Positions 17,886 to 26,717 of a stretch of 64,000 nucleotides of DNA are shown one piece after another (the stretch's first letter is position 1; each line of letters begins with the position of its first letter). The stretch spans positions 2,944,001-3,008,000 of the forward strand of contig OZ255842.1 of the NCBI GenBank assembly GCA_965277805.1. The letters run 5' to 3'. The notes below the pieces were generated by a model. The model had not been told where the DNA came from and made no database searches. It was given only the letters and a program-made list of their open reading frames with translations. Both the position numbers and the translations under genes were made by a program. The DNA is from Candidatus Lustribacter sp. Lineage in GTDB: Bacteria; Vulcanimicrobiota; Vulcanimicrobiia; Vulcanimicrobiales; Vulcanimicrobiaceae.

Positions 17886-19037
17886 CTACTGCTTGGGCAG
17901 CGTCTCCCACACGCCGTTGTGGTCGATCACGATGCGGATGTCTTGCGCGTTGAACCCGTTGTGGTCGGTCGGGGTAAATTTATACGTGCCGGTGGTTCCG
18001 GTGTACGGCTTCATCGTTTCGAGCGCGCTGACGAGCTTGTCGCCCTCGGTGCTCTTCGCGGTGCGCAGTGCGCCGGCAACCAAATGCACGGCATCCCACG
18101 CAAATGACGCGAAATTATTCGCACCGGCGTTGTACGCCGAACGGTACGCCGCGAGCAGCTTCTTCTGGATTGCGTTGGGAAACGTGCGGTCGAGATCCAT
18201 GTCGGCGTAGACGCCGTCGCCGTCTTTGCCCGTAACCTTGAGGAAGTTGTCGGAGACGATACCGGTCGTACCGATCAGGTGCGTACCGACCGCGAGCTGA
18301 TGCACTTGACGCACGAGAATGCCGGCCGACGGCGCGGCGGTGTAGATCAGGATCGTGTCGGCGCCGGCGCCTTTGACTTTTTGCAGTTGCGGCGTTACGT
18401 CGGTCGCGGTGACGGCGTAGGCTTCTTCATCGACGATCGGTACGTTCTGCGCCTTCGACTCGGCCTCGGCAACTTGTGTGCCCTGCGTTCCGTAGAGCTG
18501 ATCGTCGTGCAGCACCGCGAGCTTCTTCGCATGCAGGGTATTCTTCATGAACGTGAAGAGCTTCGTCACTTCCAGTTCGTTGTGCGGCGTCGCTTCGAAC
18601 GTGTATTTGCGGATGCCGTCTTTCGCTTGCCACACGCTGAGCGTCGGCGTGAGATAGACCTGAAGGATCTTGGCGTCATTGACGGCGCGCGCGATCGCTT
18701 CGCTGGTGGGCGAAATCGAACCGCCGACGATCGCGGCGACCTTCTGCCCGATCAGTTGCGTCGCGAGTTGCTGTGCGACGTCGGCCTTGCTCTCGTCATC
18801 CAGAATCGTAACCTGCAGCGGTCGTCCGTTGATGCCGCCCGACGCGTTGATGTCGGCGACGGCGATCTGGATCGCGTTGCGCTCGGGCTCGCCGAGCGGC
18901 GCGTAAGGCCCGGTGATCGAGAGGATCGCACCGATCGTCACCGGCGCGCCGGACGGCTTCGTCGCGCCGGTCACCGGAGCGGTGAAGAGTGCCAGCAGCA
19001 CCGCGCCGCACGTCAAATTTCGCAGTAAACGCATCAA
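17886..19037 (-). CDS. Branched-chain amino acid-type ABC substrate-binding protein
   Basis: IGAILSITGPYAPLG, INASGGINGRPL, DDES; signal peptide. Confidence 0.9.
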   Translation of the reverse strand: MMRLLRNLTCGAVLLALFTAPVTGATKPSGAPVTIGAILSITGPYAPLGEPERNAIQIAVADINASGGINGRPLQVTILDDESKADVAQQLATQLIGQKVAAIVGGSISPTSEAIARAVNDAKILQVYLTPTLSVWQAKDGIRKYTFEATPHNELEVTKLFTFMKNTLHAKKLAVLHDDQLYGTQGTQVAEAESKAQNVPIVDEEAYAVTATDVTPQLQKVKGAGADTILIYTAAPSAGILVRQVHQLAVGTHLIGTTGIVSDNFLKVTGKDGDGVYADMDLDRTFPNAIQKKLLAAYRSAYNAGANNFASFAWDAVHLVAGALRTAKSTEGDKLVSALETMKPYTGTTGTYKFTPTDHNGFNAQDIRIVIDHNGVWETLPKQ

Positions 19038-19093
19038 GATAAGCCCCTTAGCACACAGGAGAAAGTTTCTTCCATTCGGATTCTAGGCCAGCT

Positions 19094-19978
19094 ATGCTCC
19101 AACTCCTTGTCGCGGGACTGACCGTCGGCAGCGGTTACGCGCTCGTGGCCTTGGGAATTCACATCATCCTTCGGGCCACCCGGATCGTGAATTTCGCCCA
19201 AGGCGAGTTCACGATCGTCGGCGGTTTGCTGGCGCTGACGTTCGTGCAGCTCTTCCACGTCAACACGTGGTTCGCGCTAGCCGGGGCGACGATCGCGGGC
19301 TTCGTGCTCGGCTTGCTCTACGAACGCTTGGTGTTGCGGCCGGCCGGGCGCTCGGGCGAAATTCCGCTCACCATCGCGACGCTGGGGACGGTCTTCATCC
19401 TCTTGTACGGACACGCGCTGATCCCGGGCTGGGGCAGCTTGCCGCAGCCGCTGCCGGCCTTCACCGGCGATGCTTCCGACGCGATCGTCATCGGCGGCGT
19501 CTCGATCCAGGTCCAGTCGATGTGGGTGCTGGCACTGCTGCTGGCGGCGCTGGCCGCGCTCTATCTCTTCTTCGAACGCACGTACTACGGCAAGGCGATT
19601 CGCGCGGCGGCCAACAACCCGACCGGGGCAAAGCTGGTCGGGATCGACGTGACCAGCGCTCGCGCAGTCAGCGTCGGGCTCGCGATCGCGCTTGCAGCGT
19701 ACGGCGGGACGATCATCGGCCCGATCACGCTCGTGGGCGGCGCGGGCGGGACGGCGATTGCGATCAAGGGCTTCGTCGGGGCAATTATCGGCGGACTGGA
19801 GTCGCCGTTGGGCTGCGTCGCCGGCGGTCTGCTCGTGGGCGTGGTCGAGAAACTGATCCAAGGGCTGCCCGGCGTTTCGTACGGCGTGTCCGATCCGGTC
19901 GTCTACTCGCTCTTGCTCGTCGCTCTCTTGCTGCGACCGCAAGGGCTCTTCGGCGCGCGCAGCGCGGTGCGCGATTGA
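19094..19978 (+). CDS. livH: LivH-type ABC permease
   Basis: YALVALG...IVNFAQGEF, GKAIRAAANN...LVGID. Confidence 0.9.
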   Translation: MLQLLVAGLTVGSGYALVALGIHIILRATRIVNFAQGEFTIVGGLLALTFVQLFHVNTWFALAGATIAGFVLGLLYERLVLRPAGRSGEIPLTIATLGTVFILLYGHALIPGWGSLPQPLPAFTGDASDAIVIGGVSIQVQSMWVLALLLAALAALYLFFERTYYGKAIRAAANNPTGAKLVGIDVTSARAVSVGLAIALAAYGGTIIGPITLVGGAGGTAIAIKGFVGAIIGGLESPLGCVAGGLLVGVVEKLIQGLPGVSYGVSDPVVYSLLLVALLLRPQGLFGARSAVRD

Positions 19979-21795
19979 TCGCGCGGCTGCGCGCCGACAC
20001 GCGCACGTTGCCGGTGCTCGCGCTGATCGTCGGCGTCTTCGGCATCTTCGCGGCCGGCAACGCGACCTTCGCCCAAGCCGGAACGTATGCTGCAATATTC
20101 GCGATCGCTGCGATCGGGCTCTCGCTCTTGCTCGGCAACGTCAACCAGATCTCGCTCGGTGCAGCGGGTTTTTTCGGCATCGGCGCCTACGCGGTTGCGT
20201 CGCTGACGACGTGGTGGAATCTGCCCGCGTGGCTCTCGTGGCCGCTCGCGACGCTGATCGGGATCACCGGCGCAATGCTGGTGGGTCTCGGCCTCGGGTT
20301 CATCGCGCTGCGCTTTCGCGGGCACTATCTCGCGATGGCAACGCTCACGTTCGGCTTGATCTGCGCCGGCATTTTTCACGAAACGAAATTCTTCGGCGGC
20401 GCGATCGGCATCGAGGACATCCCGTATCCGCGCTTCGGCGCATTGACGATTTCCGGTTATCCGGCCTATTGGTTCGCGTGGATCATCGCGCTCGGCGTTG
20501 CGCTGCTCACGCTCAATCTGTTGCGCGGCCGTTCCGGACGCGCGTTCGAAGCTATTCGCAACGACGAACTCGCAGCCGAAGTGCTGGGCGTGCCCACGCG
20601 GCGCTACAAAATTCTCGCCTTCGCATACTCGGGCGCGCTCGCGGGACTCGCCGGTGCGGTGTACGCCGCATTTCTCGGGATCGTCGTGCCCGACGCCGTC
20701 GGCCCTCAACTCTCGTTCAGCTTGCTCTTGATGGTTGTGCTCGGCGGCAGCGGCGGTGTGTCCGGCGCGTTGATCGGCGCAGCACTGCTCGGTTTCCTCG
20801 ACATCAGCGGCCATCAGTTCGAAAACACGCGCGAAGTCGTCTACGGTATTCTCGTGATCGGCGTCGTGATCGCCGCCCCCGGCGGAATGTTCGGCCTGAT
20901 CCGCTCCCGCTTCGCAGCGCGCGGCGCCGGCGCGCGCGAAGTTGGTGTCATTCGTCATCCCGAGCTTGTCGAAGGACCGCCACCAAAGTCGGCGATCGAG
21001 GCGGCCCCTCGACAAGCTCGGGGTGACAGCAGCGCCGCGCCGCTCGAGGTATCGCACGTTACCCAGCGGTTCGGCGGACTCGTTGCGGTGAACGACGTCA
21101 GCTTCGCGCTGACGCGCGGCACGCTGACGTCGCTGATCGGCCCCAACGGTGCGGGCAAGACGACGCTGTTCAACGCGATCAGCGGCATCGGCCGCCCGAG
21201 CGAGGGCCGCGTGAGGATCGGCGGCGCCGACGTCACCGGCCGGCAGCCGCATCGCGTCGCCGAGCTCGGCGTCGGACGGACGTTTCAGAACGCGCGCCTC
21301 TTCGGCGAAATGACCGTGCTCGAAAACGTCGTCGCCGGGGCGTTTCGCACCGAACGCACGTCCTTCGGCAGCGACCTGTTCGCGCTGCCGTCGTCACGCC
21401 GTTCCGAACGCGAGGCGACCGACCGCGCCCGCGCCACGCTGGCACGCCTCGGGCTCGAACCGCTCGCAGCGACGCTCGCCAAGGACCTCGCCTTCGGCGA
21501 CCGCCGGCGCGTCGAACTCGCGCGCGCGACCGCCTCGGATCCGTGGCTCTTGCTCGTCGATGAGCCCGCCGCCGGGTTGAACGCCGGCGAACGCGCCAGG
21601 CTCACGGCCGACCTATTGAAGCTGCGCGATGCCGGCATGACGCTGCTCTTGATCGAGCACGACATGCGGCTCGTGATGTCGATCAGCGAGCGTGTGATGG
21701 TCTTGAAGTTCGGCACGATGATCGCCGACGGCACGGCCGATGCCGTGCGCAACGATCCGGCCGTGGTCGCGGCCTATTTGGGAACGGCGAACTGA
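19975..21795 (+). CDS. LivM-LivG fusion (ABC permease + ATPase)
   Basis: LRFRGHYLAMATL permease motif, then GPNGAGKTT, LVDEPAAGL, IEHDM. TTG start overlaps the livH stop. Confidence 0.9.
   Translation: MIARLRADTRTLPVLALIVGVFGIFAAGNATFAQAGTYAAIFAIAAIGLSLLLGNVNQISLGAAGFFGIGAYAVASLTTWWNLPAWLSWPLATLIGITGAMLVGLGLGFIALRFRGHYLAMATLTFGLICAGIFHETKFFGGAIGIEDIPYPRFGALTISGYPAYWFAWIIALGVALLTLNLLRGRSGRAFEAIRNDELAAEVLGVPTRRYKILAFAYSGALAGLAGAVYAAFLGIVVPDAVGPQLSFSLLLMVVLGGSGGVSGALIGAALLGFLDISGHQFENTREVVYGILVIGVVIAAPGGMFGLIRSRFAARGAGAREVGVIRHPELVEGPPPKSAIEAAPRQARGDSSAAPLEVSHVTQRFGGLVAVNDVSFALTRGTLTSLIGPNGAGKTTLFNAISGIGRPSEGRVRIGGADVTGRQPHRVAELGVGRTFQNARLFGEMTVLENVVAGAFRTERTSFGSDLFALPSSRRSEREATDRARATLARLGLEPLAATLAKDLAFGDRRRVELARATASDPWLLLVDEPAAGLNAGERARLTADLLKLRDAGMTLLLIEHDMRLVMSISERVMVLKFGTMIADGTADAVRNDPAVVAAYLGTAN
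20954..21027. repeat. REP/RPE-like palindromic element inserted in-frame in the LivM-LivG linker
   Basis: Arms GTCATCCCGAGCTTGTCGAAGG (20954-20975) and CCCTCGACAAGCTCGGGGTGAC (21006-21027) are 20/22 reverse-complementary, with a 30-nt loop. Confidence 0.85.
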
Positions 21796-22517
21796 TGCTG
21801 CTCGACGTTTCCGGCTTGCACGCGGGCTACGGCGAACTCGAGGTTTTGCGCGGGATCAATCTCAGCGTGGCGGCCGGCGAAATGGTCGCCGTGCTCGGCC
21901 CGAACGGCGCCGGGAAGTCGACGCTGCTGCGCACGATCTCGCGCATTGACACGACCGTACGCTCCGGTGCGATCGTGTTCGACGGTCACGATCTGCTGCG
22001 CGCATCGACCGTGCAAGGCGTCGGTTTCGGCTGCCTCCACGTGCCTGAAGGCCGGCAGCTCTTCACCGAACTCTCCGTGGACGACAACATTCGCCTGGGC
22101 GCCTTCAGCGTCGACCGCAAGACGATCGAGGCCGACGCCGCCGCCGTGTACGCGCAGTTCCCCGTCTTAGCCGAGCGCAAATCGCAAACCGCGTTCTCAC
22201 TTTCGGGCGGCGAACAGCAGATGCTCGCGATCGGCCGCGCGCTGATGGCCAAACCGAAAATGCTGATGCTCGACGAACCGAGCACCGGCCTCGCTCCCCA
22301 AGTCGTCGCAACGATTTTCGACATCCTCGCCGCCCTCAAACGCAGCGGCACCGCCATCCTCATCGTCGAGCAAAACGCCTACCTCACGCTCCAACACGCC
22401 GACCGCGCCTACGTCCTCGAAAACGGCGAGATCGCGTTGTCCGGACCGGCAACAGAACTCAGCGCCGACCCCCGAGTCCGAGCAATCTACCTCGGCGGCT
22501 CACCCGACGAGCAATAA
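21795..22517 (+). CDS. livF: LivF-type ABC ATPase
   Basis: GPNGAGKST, VPEGRQLF, LSGGEQQMLAIGRALM, IVEQN. Confidence 0.92.
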   Translation: MLLDVSGLHAGYGELEVLRGINLSVAAGEMVAVLGPNGAGKSTLLRTISRIDTTVRSGAIVFDGHDLLRASTVQGVGFGCLHVPEGRQLFTELSVDDNIRLGAFSVDRKTIEADAAAVYAQFPVLAERKSQTAFSLSGGEQQMLAIGRALMAKPKMLMLDEPSTGLAPQVVATIFDILAALKRSGTAILIVEQNAYLTLQHADRAYVLENGEIALSGPATELSADPRVRAIYLGGSPDEQ

Positions 22518-22522
22518 GGCAG

Positions 22523-23746
22523 TTAGCCGGTGATGACGGTGGCTTCGTAGCCGCGGGCGGCGATGTTGGTGAGGATTTGTTCGATGTCTTCGGGGCGCTG
22601 CAGCTCGCAGGTCAGATCGAGCTGCGCGTATTTGGCGGGGACGCTGCCGAAGAGGCGATGGTGCAGCACGTCGAGCACGTTGGCGTGGGCGTCGTTGACG
22701 GCGGTCGCGATTGCGACCAGGCCGCCCGGTTTGTCGACCATCAGCACCCGGATCTGGACGACGCGGCCGGCGCGCATGCGCGAGCGCACGATCACCGATG
22801 CAAGCATGCCGAGATCGAGGTTGCCGCCGCAGAGCAGCGTACCGACGCGTTTGCCGCGGAAGCGTTCGATGTTGCTGCGGATCGCCGCGACGCCGGCCGC
22901 GCCCGCGCCTTCGGTGACGAGCTTCTCATCCTCGAGCAGGAACGCGATCGCGCCCTCGATCGCGGGTTCCGAAACGAGCAGCACGTCGCGCACGACATCG
23001 CGCACGATCGAGAGCGGGATGCGGCCGACCTTCTCGACCGCAATGCCTTCGGCGATCGTCACGCCGCCGATGATCGGAATCTGGCCCTTCATTTCGGCGT
23101 AGAGCGCCGGGTAGAACTCGGTCTCGACGCCGATCACTTCAGCCTTCGAGCCGAACAGCTCGACCGCAAGCACGGCGCCCGAGATCAAGCCGCCGCCGCC
23201 GACCGGCACGACGATCGCATCGAGATCGGTGCCCGCGTCCTCGAGCAATTCGAGAGTGGCCGTCGCCTGACCGGCGATGACGTTGAGATCGTCGTAGGGG
23301 TGGATCAGCGTGGCGCCGGTCTTCTCGACCAGCTCGTAACCGTATTTCGACGACTGCTCGAACGTCGCGCCGTGCAGCACGACCTCCGCACCGTAATCGC
23401 GGGTGCGCCGCACTTTGAGAAACGGCGTGCCGTCGGGCATCACGACCGTCGCCTTGATGCCGAGCCGCGCCGCATGGTAGGCCACGCCCTGCGCGTGATT
23501 TCCGGCCGACATCGTCACGACGCCGCGCTGCCGCTGTTCTTCGGTGAGCAGCAAGAGCGCGTTGAGCGCGCCGCGTTCCTTGAACGAACCCGTGACTTGA
23601 CGGGTCTCGAGCTTCAAGTAGCCTTCGCCGTCGATCGCTTGCGAGAGCGCGCGCGAGCGATTGGTCGGCGTCCGGATGACGCCGCCGCGCAGCCGTTCGG
23701 CAGCCGCCTGCACCGCGCCGCGCAATTCGGAATTGGTCGAAATCAC
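22523..23746 (-). CDS. ilvA: Threonine ammonia-lyase with C-terminal ACT domain
   Basis: GSFKERGA (PLP Lys), SAGNHAQG, PVGGGGL, DKPGGL. Confidence 0.92.
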   Translation of the reverse strand: MISTNSELRGAVQAAAERLRGGVIRTPTNRSRALSQAIDGEGYLKLETRQVTGSFKERGALNALLLLTEEQRQRGVVTMSAGNHAQGVAYHAARLGIKATVVMPDGTPFLKVRRTRDYGAEVVLHGATFEQSSKYGYELVEKTGATLIHPYDDLNVIAGQATATLELLEDAGTDLDAIVVPVGGGGLISGAVLAVELFGSKAEVIGVETEFYPALYAEMKGQIPIIGGVTIAEGIAVEKVGRIPLSIVRDVVRDVLLVSEPAIEGAIAFLLEDEKLVTEGAGAAGVAAIRSNIERFRGKRVGTLLCGGNLDLGMLASVIVRSRMRAGRVVQIRVLMVDKPGGLVAIATAVNDAHANVLDVLHHRLFGSVPAKYAQLDLTCELQRPEDIEQILTNIAARGYEATVITG

Positions 23747-23781
23747 CGGGCCTGCTTCGGGTTTTGGACGAAGGGTGCCTC

Positions 23782-25518
23782 GTGACGCTCGTCGATCTCG
23801 TTAGCGCTGCGCTTTCCGGACCCGACCGCCCCGTCTTGTGCGAACGTGCAGCAGACGGCGACTGGAGCGCACTCGGCAGCGCCGACGTTTTGGCCCGTGT
23901 GACGGCGATCGCTGCAACGCTGCGTCATCGCGGGCTCGCGCCCGGCGATCGCGTTGCGCTGATGTCGCCCAACCGCGTCGACTGGATCCTCGCGCACCTC
24001 GGCATCCTCTTCGCGGGCGGTGTGACGGTGCCGATCTACGCGACCCAAGCCATCGACCAAGTGCGCTTCATCATCGCCGATTCCGGCGCGCGCGAACTTT
24101 TCGTCGACACCCCGGCCGTTGCCGGCCGCTTACGCGCCGAGGGGATCGCGCTCGAGCCGATCGTCTTCGACGGCGCCGCCGAAGATCAAAATTCGCTGAG
24201 TGCGGTGATCGCTCACGGCCGCGGAATGCCCGGCGCACAACCGGCGGCCATCACCGCCGGCGACCTCGCGGTCGTCATCTACACCTCAGGCACGACCGGT
24301 TCGCCGAAGGGCGTGATGCTCTCGCACGGCAACCTCAGCTCGAACGCGCACGCGGCCTTCGATCCGATTCCCGACTTGATTCGGCCCGGCGATCCGGTGC
24401 TCTCGATCTTGCCCTACGCGCACATCTACGAAAGCATCAACGTCTTCGGTTACCTGATCCGGGGCGCGCAAATCTACGTCAATCGGCAGATCGAGACGCT
24501 GCTCGACGACCTGCGCTCGGTGCGGCCGGTGATCGTGTTTTGCGTCCCGCGTATCTTCGAACGCACCTTCGCCGGCATCGTCGCGAAAGCGCGCGCAGCC
24601 GGCGGACTCACGGCCAAACTCGTGCCGTGGGCCCTTACGATCGGGCGGCACTACAAGCGCGCCGAACTCAACCGCACCGCGCGCGGCCCCGGCCTGCGGC
24701 TACAGTACGCGCTCGCACGAAAACTCGTGCTGTGCAAACTCCGGCGGCAACTCGGTTGCGACCGGCTGCGCGTTTTCGTCAGCGGAAGCGCGGCGCTGCA
24801 TCTCGATATCGCCCTGACGTTCGAAGCGGCCGGAATGCCGATCATGGAAGGCTACGGGCTCACCGAATGCTCGCCGGTCGTGACGGTGAACCGTCCCGGC
24901 GCGTCACGCCTGGGTACGGTCGGCCGCGCGATTCCCGGCGTCGACGTGCGGATCGCGGAGGACGGCGAGATTCTGGTGCGGGGCCCGAACGTGATGCAGG
25001 GCTACTTCCACAATCCCGACGCGACCGCCGCGCGCATACGTGACGGCTGGCTCGCGACGGGCGACGTCGGCACCCTCGATGCCGACGGCTACCTGCGCGT
25101 CATCGACCGCAAGGACGAGATCTTCAAAACGAGCGGCGGCAAATTTATCTCGCCGACCCGGGTCGAGGCCGCGGTCATGCGTTCCCCGTTCATCGCGCAG
25201 GCGATGGTGTTCGGAAATGGGATGCCGCATCCGGCGGCGCTGATCTCGCCGAACTGGGCGGCGCTCTGCAGTCGCATGGAGATTCCACCCGGCACGCCGG
25301 CCGCGGAACTCGCCGCGCGCGACGACGTCCGGCGATTCGTCGCCGCCGAATGCACCCGCAAAACCGCCGACCTGGCGACGTTCGAACAGATTCGCTGGGC
25401 CGGCGTATTGGTCCGCGATCTTACGATCGAAGACGGCGAACTGACGCCGACACTCAAGTTGAAACGGCGGGTCATCGAAACCCGATACGCATCGCTGGTC
25501 GACACCACGACGGCGTGA
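23782..25518 (+). CDS. Long-chain fatty acid-CoA ligase (AMP-binding)
   Basis: YTSGTTGSPKG, EGYGLTE, TGDVG, ELTPTLKLKRR. Start is 23782 GTG or 23764 TTG. Confidence 0.92.
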   Translation: MTLVDLVSAALSGPDRPVLCERAADGDWSALGSADVLARVTAIAATLRHRGLAPGDRVALMSPNRVDWILAHLGILFAGGVTVPIYATQAIDQVRFIIADSGARELFVDTPAVAGRLRAEGIALEPIVFDGAAEDQNSLSAVIAHGRGMPGAQPAAITAGDLAVVIYTSGTTGSPKGVMLSHGNLSSNAHAAFDPIPDLIRPGDPVLSILPYAHIYESINVFGYLIRGAQIYVNRQIETLLDDLRSVRPVIVFCVPRIFERTFAGIVAKARAAGGLTAKLVPWALTIGRHYKRAELNRTARGPGLRLQYALARKLVLCKLRRQLGCDRLRVFVSGSAALHLDIALTFEAAGMPIMEGYGLTECSPVVTVNRPGASRLGTVGRAIPGVDVRIAEDGEILVRGPNVMQGYFHNPDATAARIRDGWLATGDVGTLDADGYLRVIDRKDEIFKTSGGKFISPTRVEAAVMRSPFIAQAMVFGNGMPHPAALISPNWAALCSRMEIPPGTPAAELAARDDVRRFVAAECTRKTADLATFEQIRWAGVLVRDLTIEDGELTPTLKLKRRVIETRYASLVDTTTA

Positions 25519-25542
25519 AGTGTTCCGCATCACGCGCTCGGG

Positions 25543-25571
25543 TTGCACAAAATCCTCCTGCATGATATAAC
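25543..25571 (+). promoter_or_regulatory. Sigma70-type promoter of the histone-like gene
   Basis: TTGCAC-N17-TATAAC with an extended TGn. Confidence 0.7.
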
Positions 25572-25657
25572 GTGTGCAACACTAGCCGGCGGATGCCCGC
25601 ACGGCCCCGTCGGTAGCACCACTCGCGCAAGCGTTTGGAGAGAGGACTATCGAAACG

Positions 25658-25951
25658 ATGGCAGTTCGTAAGAAAGCCACGCGTAAGAAGTCGACTTCGG
25701 CTAAAAAGACCACGAAGAAGTCGGCCTCACGCAAGAAGGCAGCTCCCCGTAAGAAAGTCGCCAAGAAAAAGGGCGCAAAAAAGACGGCTCGCAAGAAGAC
25801 CACGCGTAAGAAAGCCGCCAAGAAAACCGCTAAGAAAACCACTCGGAAGAAGAAAACGTCGCGCAAGAAGGCGGGGGCCAAGAAGGTCGTCCGCAAGACC
25901 GCTCGCCGGAAGAAATCCGCTCCTCGCCGTAAAAAAGCAGCAGCGGCCTAA
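25658..25951 (+). CDS. Histone H1-like Lys/Arg/Ala/Thr-rich DNA-binding protein
   Basis: 97 aa of (R/K)KK(T/A/S)x repeats; RBS GAGAGGA; own promoter and terminator. Confidence 0.85.
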   Translation: MAVRKKATRKKSTSAKKTTKKSASRKKAAPRKKVAKKKGAKKTARKKTTRKKAAKKTAKKTTRKKKTSRKKAGAKKVVRKTARRKKSAPRRKKAAAA

Positions 25952-25970
25952 CTGCGACCACGGAGGTTAC

Positions 25971-26005
25971 GAGCGAGTCGCTAAAACCGGCTCGCTCTTT
26001 TTTTT
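25971..26005 (+). terminator. Intrinsic terminator
   Basis: 10-bp stem GAGCGAGTCG/CGGCTCGCTC followed by T8. Confidence 0.9.
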
Positions 26006-26009
26006 ATAT

Positions 26010-26717
26010 ATGTATCTCGACGGATTCCCAGAACTCGCCTACGCCCGCCTGGTGCGGAAACGCGCTCGGGGCGTGCCGATTCGCGACGGCGGCCGCGCCG
26101 TCGCCATCGCCTGGATGGCGGACGGCACGATTCATTCCGCCGACACGATGGTGCGGTTCGACGTCACCGAGGGCGAGAAGGCCCCGCGCCGGATGGCGGA
26201 TGCGTTCCAGCAGACCAACGCCGGATCGGTTCGGTACTTCGGCGGCGACGATGTGATCCGCGGCGCCCTGAAAGGGCTCGAACTCGACGTCACGATCGAC
26301 GGCTACGCCTTTGTCTTCCGCCACGCACCGCCGCTGCCGGTCAAGGTGACGCTGCGCGAAGGGTCGATGCGCGACTCCCTGGTGCTCGGCGAAATGGCCC
26401 GGGAGCAATCCGGTGCCATGGACGACCCCAAAATCCTCATCGCCGAAATCGGGCATGAAGCCGTCGGCGTCGCGATCACCGACGTGATCGACAAGAATTG
26501 GTCGGAGCTGCGGATCGCGGTCCACCAGCCGCACCGCGGTAACGGCTACGGCGCGGCGATCGCCGCGACGGCCGCCGATCGGCTCGTTGCGACCGAAGGG
26601 CGCCTCGTGTGCGCCGGCATCCACCTGCTCGACGAACGCGCCCGCCTCTCGCTCGAACGGGGCGGCTTCCGGCTCGTCGACTACTACTTCGTCGCGTCCC
26701 GCAAACTGCACAACTAG
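26010..26717 (+). CDS. GNAT family N-acetyltransferase
   Basis: C-terminal IAVHQPHRGNGYGAA acetyl-CoA motif and SLERGGF. Confidence 0.75.
   Translation: MYLDGFPELAYARLVRKRARGVPIRDGGRAVAIAWMADGTIHSADTMVRFDVTEGEKAPRRMADAFQQTNAGSVRYFGGDDVIRGALKGLELDVTIDGYAFVFRHAPPLPVKVTLREGSMRDSLVLGEMAREQSGAMDDPKILIAEIGHEAVGVAITDVIDKNWSELRIAVHQPHRGNGYGAAIAATAADRLVATEGRLVCAGIHLLDERARLSLERGGFRLVDYYFVASRKLHN

Noticed and set aside
25635-26009. Apparent fusion of a basic region to the GNAT (360-aa ORF)
   Set aside because: It is an off-frame read of the histone-like gene and crosses a strong intrinsic terminator.
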